DNA of 64,000 nucleotides from a virus (lineage: Duplodnaviria > Caudoviricetes), in IMG/VR virus record IMGVR_UViG_3300022552_000005, positions 1 to 64,000 of that record, one strand, 5' to 3'. The stretch's first letter is position 1. Each line of letters starts with the position of its first letter. The notes beneath the pieces are model-generated. The model was given only the letters and a program-made list of their open reading frames with translations. It was not told where the DNA came from and searched no databases. Below, piece after piece: positions 30,413 to 40,517 of this stretch. The position numbers were made by a program, and so were the translations under genes.

Positions 30413-31899
30413 TATGTGTTTTTAGCTCTTAGCCGGAATAATACGTGCTGTGTTGAACCAATATCATTTACCCAATCCCATGCAAAAACATAACCACTTC
30501 CTTGCGGTGCATTTTTTAAGTCACCAGCAGACAACCCGGTTGTAGGGTCGCCTACTCCCGTTTTACGAGTTGCAACTTGCCACGTAGCCCCACCATCGGT
30601 TGAATATTCAGGAATTATCTCGACATTTTCGGTAGGAACCTCTCTAAATAATCTATAATTAAAAACTGCCTTTTCTAAATCGATACTTGGACACCCTGAC
30701 ATTTCAACATCGGGGGCGTCTTTGTCCCAAAAATCATATGCAAACCATGTTGTACTATCTAACGGTCCATTGGTTGAAATTAATTCCATTCCCGAACCAG
30801 TAAATTTATATTCATCGAACCCACCCGTATCAGCTACAAATACAATGCGACATTCACCAGAGGCAGCAGCATCAATACAACCATGAATATGTCCATTCTG
30901 CGTTTTCCAGGTAGAAGGAATTATATCATCAGTTTTCTCGGTCCAGTTAATACCATCTGATGATTCAAATAATACAATTCCGCTAGTCCCTGTTCCCCCT
31001 GTTCCACTAGCGTTCAAAAAAGCATATAATTTATTATTTAATTGACAGAGGTAACCAGCATAACCAATTGAAACATCATATTTTCCACCAGATAAATCAA
31101 CTCCATCATCAATGGCTGAATTAACTAATGTTAAGTCTGCCGTTTGATTGAAAGTTGAGCCAACCCAACCAACACGTCCATCAGAAAATAAACAGTATAA
31201 GAATACTCCTGAGGGTGAATTAAAAACTGAAAAACACTTAGAACATTGTTCATCAGTGCATGGTTGTAAATGTTCTCCCGAAGAAGGTAAATAAATAGCT
31301 CCAACCGACCCCATTGAAGTAGATGATATATCGTAATCTGGATGTGGGGCAGTAGAATAAATCCCAAATGCTGTGGCAACATAAATCATATTATTATAAA
31401 CAATCAGATCAGTAATATGCTCACAATCCTGATAATCTGAACTTTTTTCGAACTGACGAGTTGTATAATTAGAAACTACAACATTTCCACCTTGATCGCT
31501 TAGTCCCCATGCCGTCCAAGATGCAAAACGTAACTGATGATTACGGTTATAAGTAGTACTACTACCATTTTGACCATAATAATCCCAAAATAAATAAACA
31601 CGATTTTTAAAACTAATTAGTCCTGGCATAGCATAGGGCGCACTACTCAAACTAAAACTATATGACAAATTTTCCCAAGTATTATTTATAGAATCATATC
31701 TAATTAAACGCCAACTATTTGAATAATAACGAACAGTAATCAAGTGTCCCTTAAACCAAGTGGACAAACGATGACATGCCGAATTAGAGGCAATATAATT
31801 GGTTGATGCCCATGTGATATTGGCAGTCGGTTGACCAACTGAACCGCGATAAAATGGATAACAACAGTTTTCAGTTCGAATTACATTTTGCGTACTCAT
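30412..31899 (-). CDS. Putative virion beta-propeller protein with shared C-terminal domain (family B)
   Basis: Propeller-like blades (FKNRVYLF, YNNMIYV, LNNKLYAF); C-terminal EYSTDGGATW...FAWDW.NDIG...LRA. Confidence 0.55.
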   Translation of the reverse strand: MSTQNVIRTENCCYPFYRGSVGQPTANITWASTNYIASNSACHRLSTWFKGHLITVRYYSNSWRLIRYDSINNTWENLSYSFSLSSAPYAMPGLISFKNRVYLFWDYYGQNGSSTTYNRNHQLRFASWTAWGLSDQGGNVVVSNYTTRQFEKSSDYQDCEHITDLIVYNNMIYVATAFGIYSTAPHPDYDISSTSMGSVGAIYLPSSGEHLQPCTDEQCSKCFSVFNSPSGVFLYCLFSDGRVGWVGSTFNQTADLTLVNSAIDDGVDLSGGKYDVSIGYAGYLCQLNNKLYAFLNASGTGGTGTSGIVLFESSDGINWTEKTDDIIPSTWKTQNGHIHGCIDAAASGECRIVFVADTGGFDEYKFTGSGMELISTNGPLDSTTWFAYDFWDKDAPDVEMSGCPSIDLEKAVFNYRLFREVPTENVEIIPEYSTDGGATWQVATRKTGVGDPTTGLSAGDLKNAPQGSGYVFAWDWVNDIGSTQHVLFRLRAKNT

Positions 31900-34136
31900 C
31901 GATTATACCCTAAACGTAATGTATCGACCACATATATTCTACCGTCATCTAGCCTTACCCACGGAATATAGTCACCAGGTAAAATATACTGCGTTGTATT
32001 TTGTAAAGAATTATTATATTGAGTAATCCCATTACCGAAATCCCAGTATAAATTATAACTATTTACACCAGAAATACTTACAGTAAAATCAACATACAAA
32101 GGCGGCGGAACCAATCCTTTTCGTGGTGAGCCACTTAAGCTAACAAACGGCATACTTTCACCAGAGGGGAGCGCTAATCCTGACGCCAGATTCAAATAAG
32201 CAAAATCACCGCCAGACCGCCCGTATTTATCACGCACAATTACAATTGGACGGTAAATGCCACTGTGATAATAAGTATGTTGCGCTGACCAAATGCTTCC
32301 GCTGTTAACGGGATTGCTAATAATTGTAGAATCATTATCTCCCCAAATAAAAGCTACGTAATGAATACCGCCTTCAATGGCATTATTATCTTTATCAAAA
32401 GCATAACCAGATGCAACTGCAATATAGGTATAAGGAACCGTCCCACTTTCAGGACCATTCAACATCATCACAAACGGGTTTTTGCGCGTCTTACCAACGA
32501 TAAGTTTCGCATCAAATTCATCATAATAACTATAACGAACATTCAACGTGCCATCAAATTCACTATTTTGCTGTCCGTAAAATGTAAATGCTGCATCAGA
32601 AACAAAACTTTGTTGTACAACATTATCGCTATTTGCTTTAATTAAAACGCGTCCAAGTGCCTCTGTAATTGTGAAATCAGTATCATCATAACTACACCAT
32701 AATAATGCACCAAAAAGTCCGCTTTGTAAAATGTTAGACCAACTTAATCCGCCATAAAGATTTTCGGGAGATTGTATAACAGTTGAAATAATTCCACCAA
32801 AATAACTCAGGAATCCCGATAAACTATGTGCAATACCACCAAACAATCCTGACAATGCAGGAGCATCGGAAAGCGTAAATCCGCCAAACAAAGCATGAGT
32901 AGAAGTCTTATATTCAATTTGTCCAGTATAAGTAATATATTGATTATCAATCCAATCTGGCGCACACTGATATAAAGAAAGTGGTGTAGTTCCACTAATC
33001 GCTGGATAAACAAATGTTGAGTATCGTAACTGTTCTAACCATCCCTTATAAGTATAAAGACTACCATTTTGACCATATTTTCTTCCAATAAAAGCAGAAG
33101 TTAAATCACCACCGAAAAATGCGGTATTTTCAGCATATGCCTGTGTATCAACGCTATTTCCATTGTATTTATTAACTAACTTTCCATCTCTATAAATCTG
33201 AATGCGACTATATAAATAATCTCCTCCGGTACGATAAGCTATACGATAATGATGCCATTCACCTGAAGGGACATAAGAATTTTCTTCTTGATGTAAATCT
33301 TCTTGTGAGCTAAACAAACAACGAGCAAATATATAATAATCATCATTCGATTGATAAATAGCCACTACAGGGAAATTTTCTGTATCGAAAGTTGACTTTA
33401 CTTTAGCAAATATATACGCCGTTGCCGTTCGTCCTGCTGTCTCCGGTTTACACCAAAAATCTATGCACCAATCACCAGATGGATGAGCCCAATGTTTGTC
33501 ATCTTGAGGAATTTCTATCCAACTGCCGCTGGATGCATTATAGTAATAACCATTAAAGTATGTACAAGTGTCCAGAACACCCGAATGTCCTTTTTGAACA
33601 TTAATATAATCTTTTGACTCACCTTGTCCATGATTAGTGGCATCAGTAAACCAGCGTGGATCATTAGGATCATCGTTTAAACGAAAAAGATATTTGTCTC
33701 TATATTTACCATAAGGTGTTTCAATCCAATCAGGATGACAAGAATATGGTGCCTGGGGGAAATTAATATTTTGGTACGCACCAGGAAGTTCTTCTAAATT
33801 ACCACTTGAGTTGTTAAAATACAAATAATATGTGCAGTCATCTAACTCACCAATATTTACATTAGATGGAATATTATTCTGAACCGCAAAATATATTCGC
33901 GCTGGTGAAATTCCCGATGCTATATAATATGGAATATTGATAGCATGGTCCGATTTTTGGGCAATAACTCGCAAATCGCCAAAATCATTTCTTAACAGTC
34001 CGCGAGAGATTAAATAATTTAAATTAGCCTGAACACACAAAAAATGCACCCCCGATGAATATGGACTACCGCTTGGTTCGCTATATAAACGAACGCGATT
34101 TTGCCAATGAGGGTGCCACCAGTAGGTTAAAGCCAT
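31896..34136 (-). CDS. Tail fibre-like protein, paralog of 27917..30412
   Basis: Same architecture and extensive identity (e.g. NFPQAPYS, DK.L.RLNDDP, LIKANSD, GLVPP.L.VDF.VS.SG.N, WDFGNG.TQYNNSL, DTLR.GYN); five FGG repeats. Confidence 0.65.
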   Translation of the reverse strand: MALTYWWHPHWQNRVRLYSEPSGSPYSSGVHFLCVQANLNYLISRGLLRNDFGDLRVIAQKSDHAINIPYYIASGISPARIYFAVQNNIPSNVNIGELDDCTYYLYFNNSSGNLEELPGAYQNINFPQAPYSCHPDWIETPYGKYRDKYLFRLNDDPNDPRWFTDATNHGQGESKDYINVQKGHSGVLDTCTYFNGYYYNASSGSWIEIPQDDKHWAHPSGDWCIDFWCKPETAGRTATAYIFAKVKSTFDTENFPVVAIYQSNDDYYIFARCLFSSQEDLHQEENSYVPSGEWHHYRIAYRTGGDYLYSRIQIYRDGKLVNKYNGNSVDTQAYAENTAFFGGDLTSAFIGRKYGQNGSLYTYKGWLEQLRYSTFVYPAISGTTPLSLYQCAPDWIDNQYITYTGQIEYKTSTHALFGGFTLSDAPALSGLFGGIAHSLSGFLSYFGGIISTVIQSPENLYGGLSWSNILQSGLFGALLWCSYDDTDFTITEALGRVLIKANSDNVVQQSFVSDAAFTFYGQQNSEFDGTLNVRYSYYDEFDAKLIVGKTRKNPFVMMLNGPESGTVPYTYIAVASGYAFDKDNNAIEGGIHYVAFIWGDNDSTIISNPVNSGSIWSAQHTYYHSGIYRPIVIVRDKYGRSGGDFAYLNLASGLALPSGESMPFVSLSGSPRKGLVPPPLYVDFTVSISGVNSYNLYWDFGNGITQYNNSLQNTTQYILPGDYIPWVRLDDGRIYVVDTLRLGYNR

Positions 34137-34573
34137 TTACATGCGCCGGTCATTACATCAATGCGTAATACCTCTTTAATTTTATCATTCTTCTGTAGAG
34201 CTAAGTGAACATAATTTACATCACCGCAATATAAACGATGCTTGCTCACTAAGTATTCTTGCTGCCCTTCAAGATTGATATGTTCAGTAATAATAACCCG
34301 TTCGCCAACCTTAATATTAAATGGATTCTTTATTTTGAAACGTTTTTTAGGATTATGTAGAGCATAACCCTCAGCTTCATTTTCCGAAATCAATGTACCA
34401 ATACATTCTAACATCCCAGTCGTCGCCGTATAATAAACGTAGGGTTTCCATCCGTCCAAAATTTTGATATCATATGCAACTACTTTTTGCAATAACGGAA
34501 TCCACAATTTTACTACAAGATAATCCTTACCTTCACGCTTTTCAATGCGTTGTTCTATATTCTTGATACTCAT
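34127..34573 (-). CDS. Hypothetical protein (148 aa), possible fibre-assembly chaperone
   Basis: Coupled by overlaps to both neighbours; charged, no SG, unlike the flanking structural proteins. Confidence 0.55.
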   Translation of the reverse strand: MSIKNIEQRIEKREGKDYLVVKLWIPLLQKVVAYDIKILDGWKPYVYYTATTGMLECIGTLISENEAEGYALHNPKKRFKIKNPFNIKVGERVIITEHINLEGQQEYLVSKHRLYCGDVNYVHLALQKNDKIKEVLRIDVMTGACKWL

Positions 34574-35259
34574 AGATCTCCCGGTAAATTAATACGCGCA
34601 AACTCATCGGTCCAGTCGTAGGTAAAACGAAAACGAAAAGTTCCAACACCTAAACCGCCATATTGTCCAACTGCATGTTCGCCCGAAGGAAAAATAATAG
34701 AAGAATAAATAATTTGAGTATGTTGATTAAGCCCTATACCGCTTAACCATGGACAACCATCCCAACGATAAATGTTCTGTCCAGACGGTATGCTGTGCGG
34801 AATTTCGTAAGCACCATACCAGCCGCTACCCAAAAATAAATTTCTTTTCCACTTACCGCTTGGCAAAATTTGTATATATGGACGTGGGGAAATACCGCTA
34901 AAAGCTGCATCTGATTCTAACCAAAGTTTCATATTAAAAATTGTAATATGGTTATTTATTCGTGAATCATCATAATCAGCTTTCGGCATATACAAAAAGG
35001 CAATAGTACGTGAAACCCAATGCGGCTCAGTAATAGGAGTAATTCCAGATCCATAATTTAAAAATCCCGATGGTTCTATGGAAATCGCCGGACAACTACC
35101 AGCTAATTGTTCAACATCATCATGCCCGGATGGTAAAATTAGATTCCAACCCGATGGACCAAAAACAATGTCCGGGCGATATTGAACGCACATTATTTTC
35201 GGGCGCAATGCACCAATTATTTTATTATGATAAATGCCACTTTGATTAACACCAGCCAT
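34570..35259 (-). CDS. Putative virion protein (family C), extremely SG-rich
   Basis: IFNMKLW, IPSGQNIYRWDG, TQIIYS, VGQYG, FRFRFTY shared with 35262..35954 and 39944..40504; 11 of 20 Ser are followed by Gly. Confidence 0.6.
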   Translation of the reverse strand: MAGVNQSGIYHNKIIGALRPKIMCVQYRPDIVFGPSGWNLILPSGHDDVEQLAGSCPAISIEPSGFLNYGSGITPITEPHWVSRTIAFLYMPKADYDDSRINNHITIFNMKLWLESDAAFSGISPRPYIQILPSGKWKRNLFLGSGWYGAYEIPHSIPSGQNIYRWDGCPWLSGIGLNQHTQIIYSSIIFPSGEHAVGQYGGLGVGTFRFRFTYDWTDEFARINLPGDL

Positions 35260-35261
35260 TT

Positions 35262-35954
35262 TTAATCAAATAAACTATTTATATTATCCATACTATAGGT
35301 TACTCTTATTCGTAAGCCAGATGTAGGAGTTCGCCCATATTCACCAACGGGCACAGTCCCTGACGCCGCTAAGGCAAAATACATGTATTCAGAAGAATCG
35401 GCATCGCCAGAACCATGAATAGTTAACCCACCGTCACAACGGAACAAGTTTTGTTTTTCAGGTAAATAATTTGGTAATACCTTGCTAGGATCGAATATAT
35501 CGGCAAATTGAAATTTTTTATTGGGCTGCCAAACTGGGCTATGTTCATATAAAATCTTATAATCTTTAATTAGAAAATCAGAATCGTCGCTAACCCAAAC
35601 GCGCATGTGGGTTACGCGCGTCGTATCACATTCACGATCAGCTAATCGAAAAGTTAAACAACGAGTGTCACTAACTCCGCTACCACTGCCAATATCAACA
35701 TCATTGAAATCAAAGATTACTAACCCAGTTTTAAGCTGCCCCATGCCGCTACCTACCACACCTAAAAATGCTTCATGTGTGCGCAAATGTCTATATCCAG
35801 AAGGATTAGACTTGCTTAAATCCCACCAAATTAGTTCAGGATAAACACCAACCCATGGTAATTCAAATGTTGACGTTTCAAAAGCTATACCATCAATAAC
35901 GTTTAAACTAAACGGTAGCGTATATTGCCATAATCCTATACGTTTCTTACTCAT
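35262..35954 (-). CDS. Putative virion protein (family C)
   Basis: NPSGYRHL, MRVWVSDDSDF, LPEKQNLFRCDG, SEYMY, PVGEYG, LRIRVTY. Confidence 0.6.
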   Translation of the reverse strand: MSKKRIGLWQYTLPFSLNVIDGIAFETSTFELPWVGVYPELIWWDLSKSNPSGYRHLRTHEAFLGVVGSGMGQLKTGLVIFDFNDVDIGSGSGVSDTRCLTFRLADRECDTTRVTHMRVWVSDDSDFLIKDYKILYEHSPVWQPNKKFQFADIFDPSKVLPNYLPEKQNLFRCDGGLTIHGSGDADSSEYMYFALAASGTVPVGEYGRTPTSGLRIRVTYSMDNINSLFD

Positions 35955-37723
35955 TATTGTGGATCGCTCAATAATGGAACTACGCGCAGTTTACAATATT
36001 TATAATTAACATTATAACCAACATCTCGTACAAAATCCCAATAAAAATTATGCCATTCTCCAGAGGGTGAAGAAGATAAATAGGTTGTTCCCTCACCTAA
36101 ATACTGTAAAGTAAAATAATCACGTTTGCGGCTACAATCCTGCCATGTACAACCGTCATCTAATGAATATTGAATTACAACATCAAAATGGCGACTATAT
36201 CTATCCATAAGTTTATATTCTAACAAAGCATAATCTAAACATTTATATACAATTGGAGTTAATTCTGCCGTCGGTTCGTTATAATAGGTACCAGACGGCA
36301 TATAAACATTCGGACCAATTCCATTGTACGCTGTAAAACCGCCCGCGCCACCAAATGATGGAATGAGATGCCATGCAATTTGAGTCCAATTATTATTACT
36401 GTCATATTTGAATAAATATGCCACATTGGCAGTTTCAGCGCCCATTGTCAAATTACCCAAAACGCCCCCACGACACGCTGTATAAAATAATACATACAAA
36501 TCATTTTTATAAGTATCAACATAAGTGTAGACGTGCCCTTGACGAGTCTTCATAATAGATGGCAACGAATCAGTAACATCATACCACACACTTAAATCTT
36601 CGCTATAAGCATGATAAACTCCTGAGGGACCGCCCAGAAAAACATGAATTTTATCATTATAGCTTACTATATCACCTTTAGTGGCGCGCTCAAATCCGTA
36701 AGCACGAGCATGAATGCCACCATATATTAAATCACCAAGCCAATTAAAATTGGTCAGATTTTGTTTATGACTACGTTCGCCACGTTTCCAATCGCCCACA
36801 ATAATGCGCGAAATCACGCCACTTGCCTCTAGCATATATAAATTACCATTATGTTTGGCAAGCCACTTAGGGTTGGGTGAGTAAACATCTTTGTTAGAAC
36901 TATAAACTAATTCAATGTCATTTTCACCGCTACCATGAACTACTATTAGGTCACATGAATTACAAGCAACAATTTTATTTTGATATTCTATACAATCGGT
37001 CATATTGAAATTATAAGTCCAAAAATCGCGCAAATTATTATCATAAGCAATTGCATTGTTATATTCATTTTTCATCCATTGTGGAACGGGGACCAGTAAT
37101 GACGAACGATAAATCGAGGTAAGTCCACTACCATTATTAAGTTCGGGATTGAAAACTCCATAAACATACTGCAATAAACCTGATTGGGGTCCGTAAATTA
37201 TAACAGCCTCCTCACCACTTGAACGAACAGCACCACGTTGCCTTACATCTGCCGCACCAACAAAAATAATATTTCCATTATAATTCAAAAAAGCTGGCAT
37301 TAAGCCATGATAATGGTGGCTATCAATTCCTGCTCTATCATGGGAACCAAATAAAACATGTACACCGTGTTCATTGCTTAATAAATTTTGTGCATAATAA
37401 TCGTATTCTGCAAAAACATGATTAAAGATATAACCACCATATTTTTCACCATAATTATATTCGCTAACATCTAAAAAGGCAGTATAAACATCACCACGTA
37501 AAACAGCTAAACTTGCATTACTAAGATAAATACCTGGTAGCGCACTAAAAGTTCCATCAGCCTCATGTCTTATTAATGTTTTAATATCACTAAAATAAGC
37601 TGTCAATTCACCACGTGTAGCATCGGAATCCGGGGCTTTATCTACCCAATGATGTAAACTATGGAGTGTTGCCCCATCTAAAATAAACAATCTATCATTG
37701 CCACGATAAACAAACTTAATCAT
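35954..37723 (-). CDS. Putative virion beta-propeller protein (family B)
   Basis: Blades YQNKIVA, HNGNLYM, YNDKIHV, YKNDLYV; C-terminal QYSLDDGCTW...FYWDFVRDVG...LRV. Confidence 0.55.
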   Translation of the reverse strand: MIKFVYRGNDRLFILDGATLHSLHHWVDKAPDSDATRGELTAYFSDIKTLIRHEADGTFSALPGIYLSNASLAVLRGDVYTAFLDVSEYNYGEKYGGYIFNHVFAEYDYYAQNLLSNEHGVHVLFGSHDRAGIDSHHYHGLMPAFLNYNGNIIFVGAADVRQRGAVRSSGEEAVIIYGPQSGLLQYVYGVFNPELNNGSGLTSIYRSSLLVPVPQWMKNEYNNAIAYDNNLRDFWTYNFNMTDCIEYQNKIVACNSCDLIVVHGSGENDIELVYSSNKDVYSPNPKWLAKHNGNLYMLEASGVISRIIVGDWKRGERSHKQNLTNFNWLGDLIYGGIHARAYGFERATKGDIVSYNDKIHVFLGGPSGVYHAYSEDLSVWYDVTDSLPSIMKTRQGHVYTYVDTYKNDLYVLFYTACRGGVLGNLTMGAETANVAYLFKYDSNNNWTQIAWHLIPSFGGAGGFTAYNGIGPNVYMPSGTYYNEPTAELTPIVYKCLDYALLEYKLMDRYSRHFDVVIQYSLDDGCTWQDCSRKRDYFTLQYLGEGTTYLSSSPSGEWHNFYWDFVRDVGYNVNYKYCKLRVVPLLSDPQ

Positions 37724-39944
37724 TGGCGTAGGCTCTTATTCGTAACTGTACATATGGTAGAATACTACGGCTTCCTATATCTTTTGTATAATCCCAGGCA
37801 AACATGTATTCCTTACCAATTATACCAGATGGATCTGTTGAAATATCGCCTGTGCTTAAATTAGTAGTTGGACAAGATAAGGTTGAATGAGGTGTAGCAT
37901 CATACCAATTAATATAATCAGTAGTATATTGAACCTCAATGTTTACATTTCTGAAAAACGGATAATCATAAATTCTAAATGGTTGCCAAACAACACGATT
38001 AATTCGATCTTCCTTAGGAAAGCGCTCATAATAAGTACCTGAAGTTAACACCACCGCTGGTTCATGCATATCTGTTGGCTCAATCCACATTAATTGCTTA
38101 CATTGAAATTGGTTTCTAAAAATGAAATTCCCATTAGAATCTAATACATAATACAATACTTGATTAGAAACACCTGAATTACTCAAATAATAAGTATTAT
38201 TCTGGAAAGCATATTCATCCTCTACAAAGAAAAGATGCAGCCTATCATCTGTCTCATCTTTCCAACCAAGAATATGATAATTTGTTACACCAACCCAATT
38301 GTAACCGCTATTAGCAACACCTACAGGACGCAAATTATTATCAAATCCAGTCGGTTCAATTGTATAAGTCGGCGCGAGATAACGGGTTATCGATTGATAA
38401 CGCATCGGAATATCCCAACTGGAGGGTGAAGAATCATAATCGCAATTATAAAAAGTTCCACTTCCCTGCCAGGTGGCTTTGATACCATCGCGCTGACACC
38501 AACCAGAAGGCTCACATTTTATTGCCGGTCCATTAATCCCTGATGGCTGACCGTTGGCTACGGTATCAAAATTATTATATCCAGAAAATCGATAAGGCGA
38601 AATAATACCTAAGTAAGTCGTTAAATTCATTCCAGAAGGTGGAATAATTCCGCTACTCGGCAAATCAAAAGTATGATCGGTCCATTCATCAAAATTAGTC
38701 GTAGAAGCGCAAAAAACACCGCGCCGCTGTTTACCATTTTCTTCATATAAATAATTTAAAAAAACATACAGTCGCCCGCCAACATCGCCAGCAAAGCACA
38801 TATAACTATTTCGTTTCCAACCTTCATAACCAATTTTACCGCCAAAAATTCCAGAACCATGCGGTGCTTCAAAATAATCACGCACATCACAAACCAAACT
38901 TATATATCCATTATCAAGTTTCAATATCTTTCCGTCATTCTGTAGAAAGAAAAGTTCACCATTATAAATAAAAGGATACTTATAGCAAACACCATATGGT
39001 GTAGTATCATCATAATCCCAATAAGTTAAACAATAATAACGATTCGTATAAGAATCTTCTATATCTTTTGTATTCTGAGCCAATATTAACGAAGGATAAC
39101 TAAAAGAAGGAACGCCAGGAATAACAATACCAACACTATCATCCGTAACGGCTACAAAAATTCCTTTGTAATGAACCACTTTTAAAGGTATGGTAAACTC
39201 AATATAAGTTGGATTAAGTTGTACAAAATCATCATCATAATATTGAATACCACGTCCGCCGTAGTCACGGGTTTCGATACCCCCCCAATATTCTCCGTAA
39301 AACCAAGCAAACTGTCCAGGAATTGCTATATAACCTGACCCCTCATATAACTCCTCTGCAGAGTGCCAACGATGTTGAGTATGATGGATATAACGAGCGG
39401 CATATTTGAACAAATCAAACCATTGAGTTTCACGTCCATCAAAAATATGAACACCATCAATAAATGATAATAATGCTAAACTTTCATTATAATTACGATC
39501 CAACCGTGCAATTCTTTTATAATACGCATCTTGAATAATGTCATGAGTTTCTGCATTTGAAAAGTTGTCACCAAGGGCAGCAACCATATAAATACGAGGA
39601 TATTTAATGCCACTAGGAGGACAAACATAATTTTCTAATGAAGATAACCCATATGGACAAAATGCCCAAATACATTCATCAGCGATACTATCTACTCCTA
39701 CAGTTTCCCGAAATAATAATTCTTTACCACACCAAGCTAAACAACGGCTGCCAAAATTATCCTGATTATCCCAATCGGTTTCATATATGTAATGTGAACC
39801 ATCTTCTACACGTTGAATGTTCGGTTTAGGCAAATGACAGACATTTCCACTTGGACCAATAAAAATTAAAAAAGGATATCCGTCAGTCCAAGAATACCCA
39901 GTTCTACCAACCGCTTGTCCGGCTAAAATTTTACCTGCGTACAT
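37716..39944 (-). CDS. Putative virion beta-propeller protein (family B)
   Basis: Blades YKGIFVA, YNGELFF, VGGRLYV; C-terminal QYTTDYINW...FAWDYTKDIG...LRIRA; 14 SG. Confidence 0.55.
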   Translation of the reverse strand: MYAGKILAGQAVGRTGYSWTDGYPFLIFIGPSGNVCHLPKPNIQRVEDGSHYIYETDWDNQDNFGSRCLAWCGKELLFRETVGVDSIADECIWAFCPYGLSSLENYVCPPSGIKYPRIYMVAALGDNFSNAETHDIIQDAYYKRIARLDRNYNESLALLSFIDGVHIFDGRETQWFDLFKYAARYIHHTQHRWHSAEELYEGSGYIAIPGQFAWFYGEYWGGIETRDYGGRGIQYYDDDFVQLNPTYIEFTIPLKVVHYKGIFVAVTDDSVGIVIPGVPSFSYPSLILAQNTKDIEDSYTNRYYCLTYWDYDDTTPYGVCYKYPFIYNGELFFLQNDGKILKLDNGYISLVCDVRDYFEAPHGSGIFGGKIGYEGWKRNSYMCFAGDVGGRLYVFLNYLYEENGKQRRGVFCASTTNFDEWTDHTFDLPSSGIIPPSGMNLTTYLGIISPYRFSGYNNFDTVANGQPSGINGPAIKCEPSGWCQRDGIKATWQGSGTFYNCDYDSSPSSWDIPMRYQSITRYLAPTYTIEPTGFDNNLRPVGVANSGYNWVGVTNYHILGWKDETDDRLHLFFVEDEYAFQNNTYYLSNSGVSNQVLYYVLDSNGNFIFRNQFQCKQLMWIEPTDMHEPAVVLTSGTYYERFPKEDRINRVVWQPFRIYDYPFFRNVNIEVQYTTDYINWYDATPHSTLSCPTTNLSTGDISTDPSGIIGKEYMFAWDYTKDIGSRSILPYVQLRIRAYAND

Positions 39945-40504
39945 TATAGATATTTATAGGTTACTCGATATCTAAAACCATTAGTTCCATCGCCGCCGTA
40001 AATGCCTACTGGAATGTTTGGATCAACTCCGACACTTAAATAAATATACTGGCTAACCGAATTATCCGTTCCTGCCTCAGTAATCTCTTTAACACCATCC
40101 CATTTATATAAATTCTGCCCGCTGGGTAGCGACAACGAGGAATACATTCCGCTGCTATGAGTTAATTTCAGTCCCGAGTGCCACATTCCAGTAATGTATT
40201 GATTAAAATAAACATTATAATCAGTCCCCAAACCAACAAAGTCAGAAGTAGAACAAATCCAAAACTTCATATCAAAGATTTTTTGAGTGGCATCACCCAT
40301 ATCATCAACAACCCACACAACACACTTAGTGGGCGAATCAACAATTACACCACTACTAATATCCAATGTGCCAAAATCCAAAGCGCCACCAGCACCAGTG
40401 TGAAGATTCTTAATATAACCTGACGCCGTGGTTAAATGACGTTGTCCGCTTGGATCTGGACCATTAATGTCAAATAGTGCAAAATGAGTGGTTGGCGGAT
40501 TCAT
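39944..40504 (-). CDS. Putative virion protein (family C)
   Basis: DPSGQRHL, IFDMKFW, LPSGQNLYKWDG, SQYIY, PVGIYG, FRYRVTY. Confidence 0.6.
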   Translation of the reverse strand: MNPPTTHFALFDINGPDPSGQRHLTTASGYIKNLHTGAGGALDFGTLDISSGVIVDSPTKCVVWVVDDMGDATQKIFDMKFWICSTSDFVGLGTDYNVYFNQYITGMWHSGLKLTHSSGMYSSLSLPSGQNLYKWDGVKEITEAGTDNSVSQYIYLSVGVDPNIPVGIYGGDGTNGFRYRVTYKYL

Positions 40505-40517
40505 TTACTTTTCTCCT

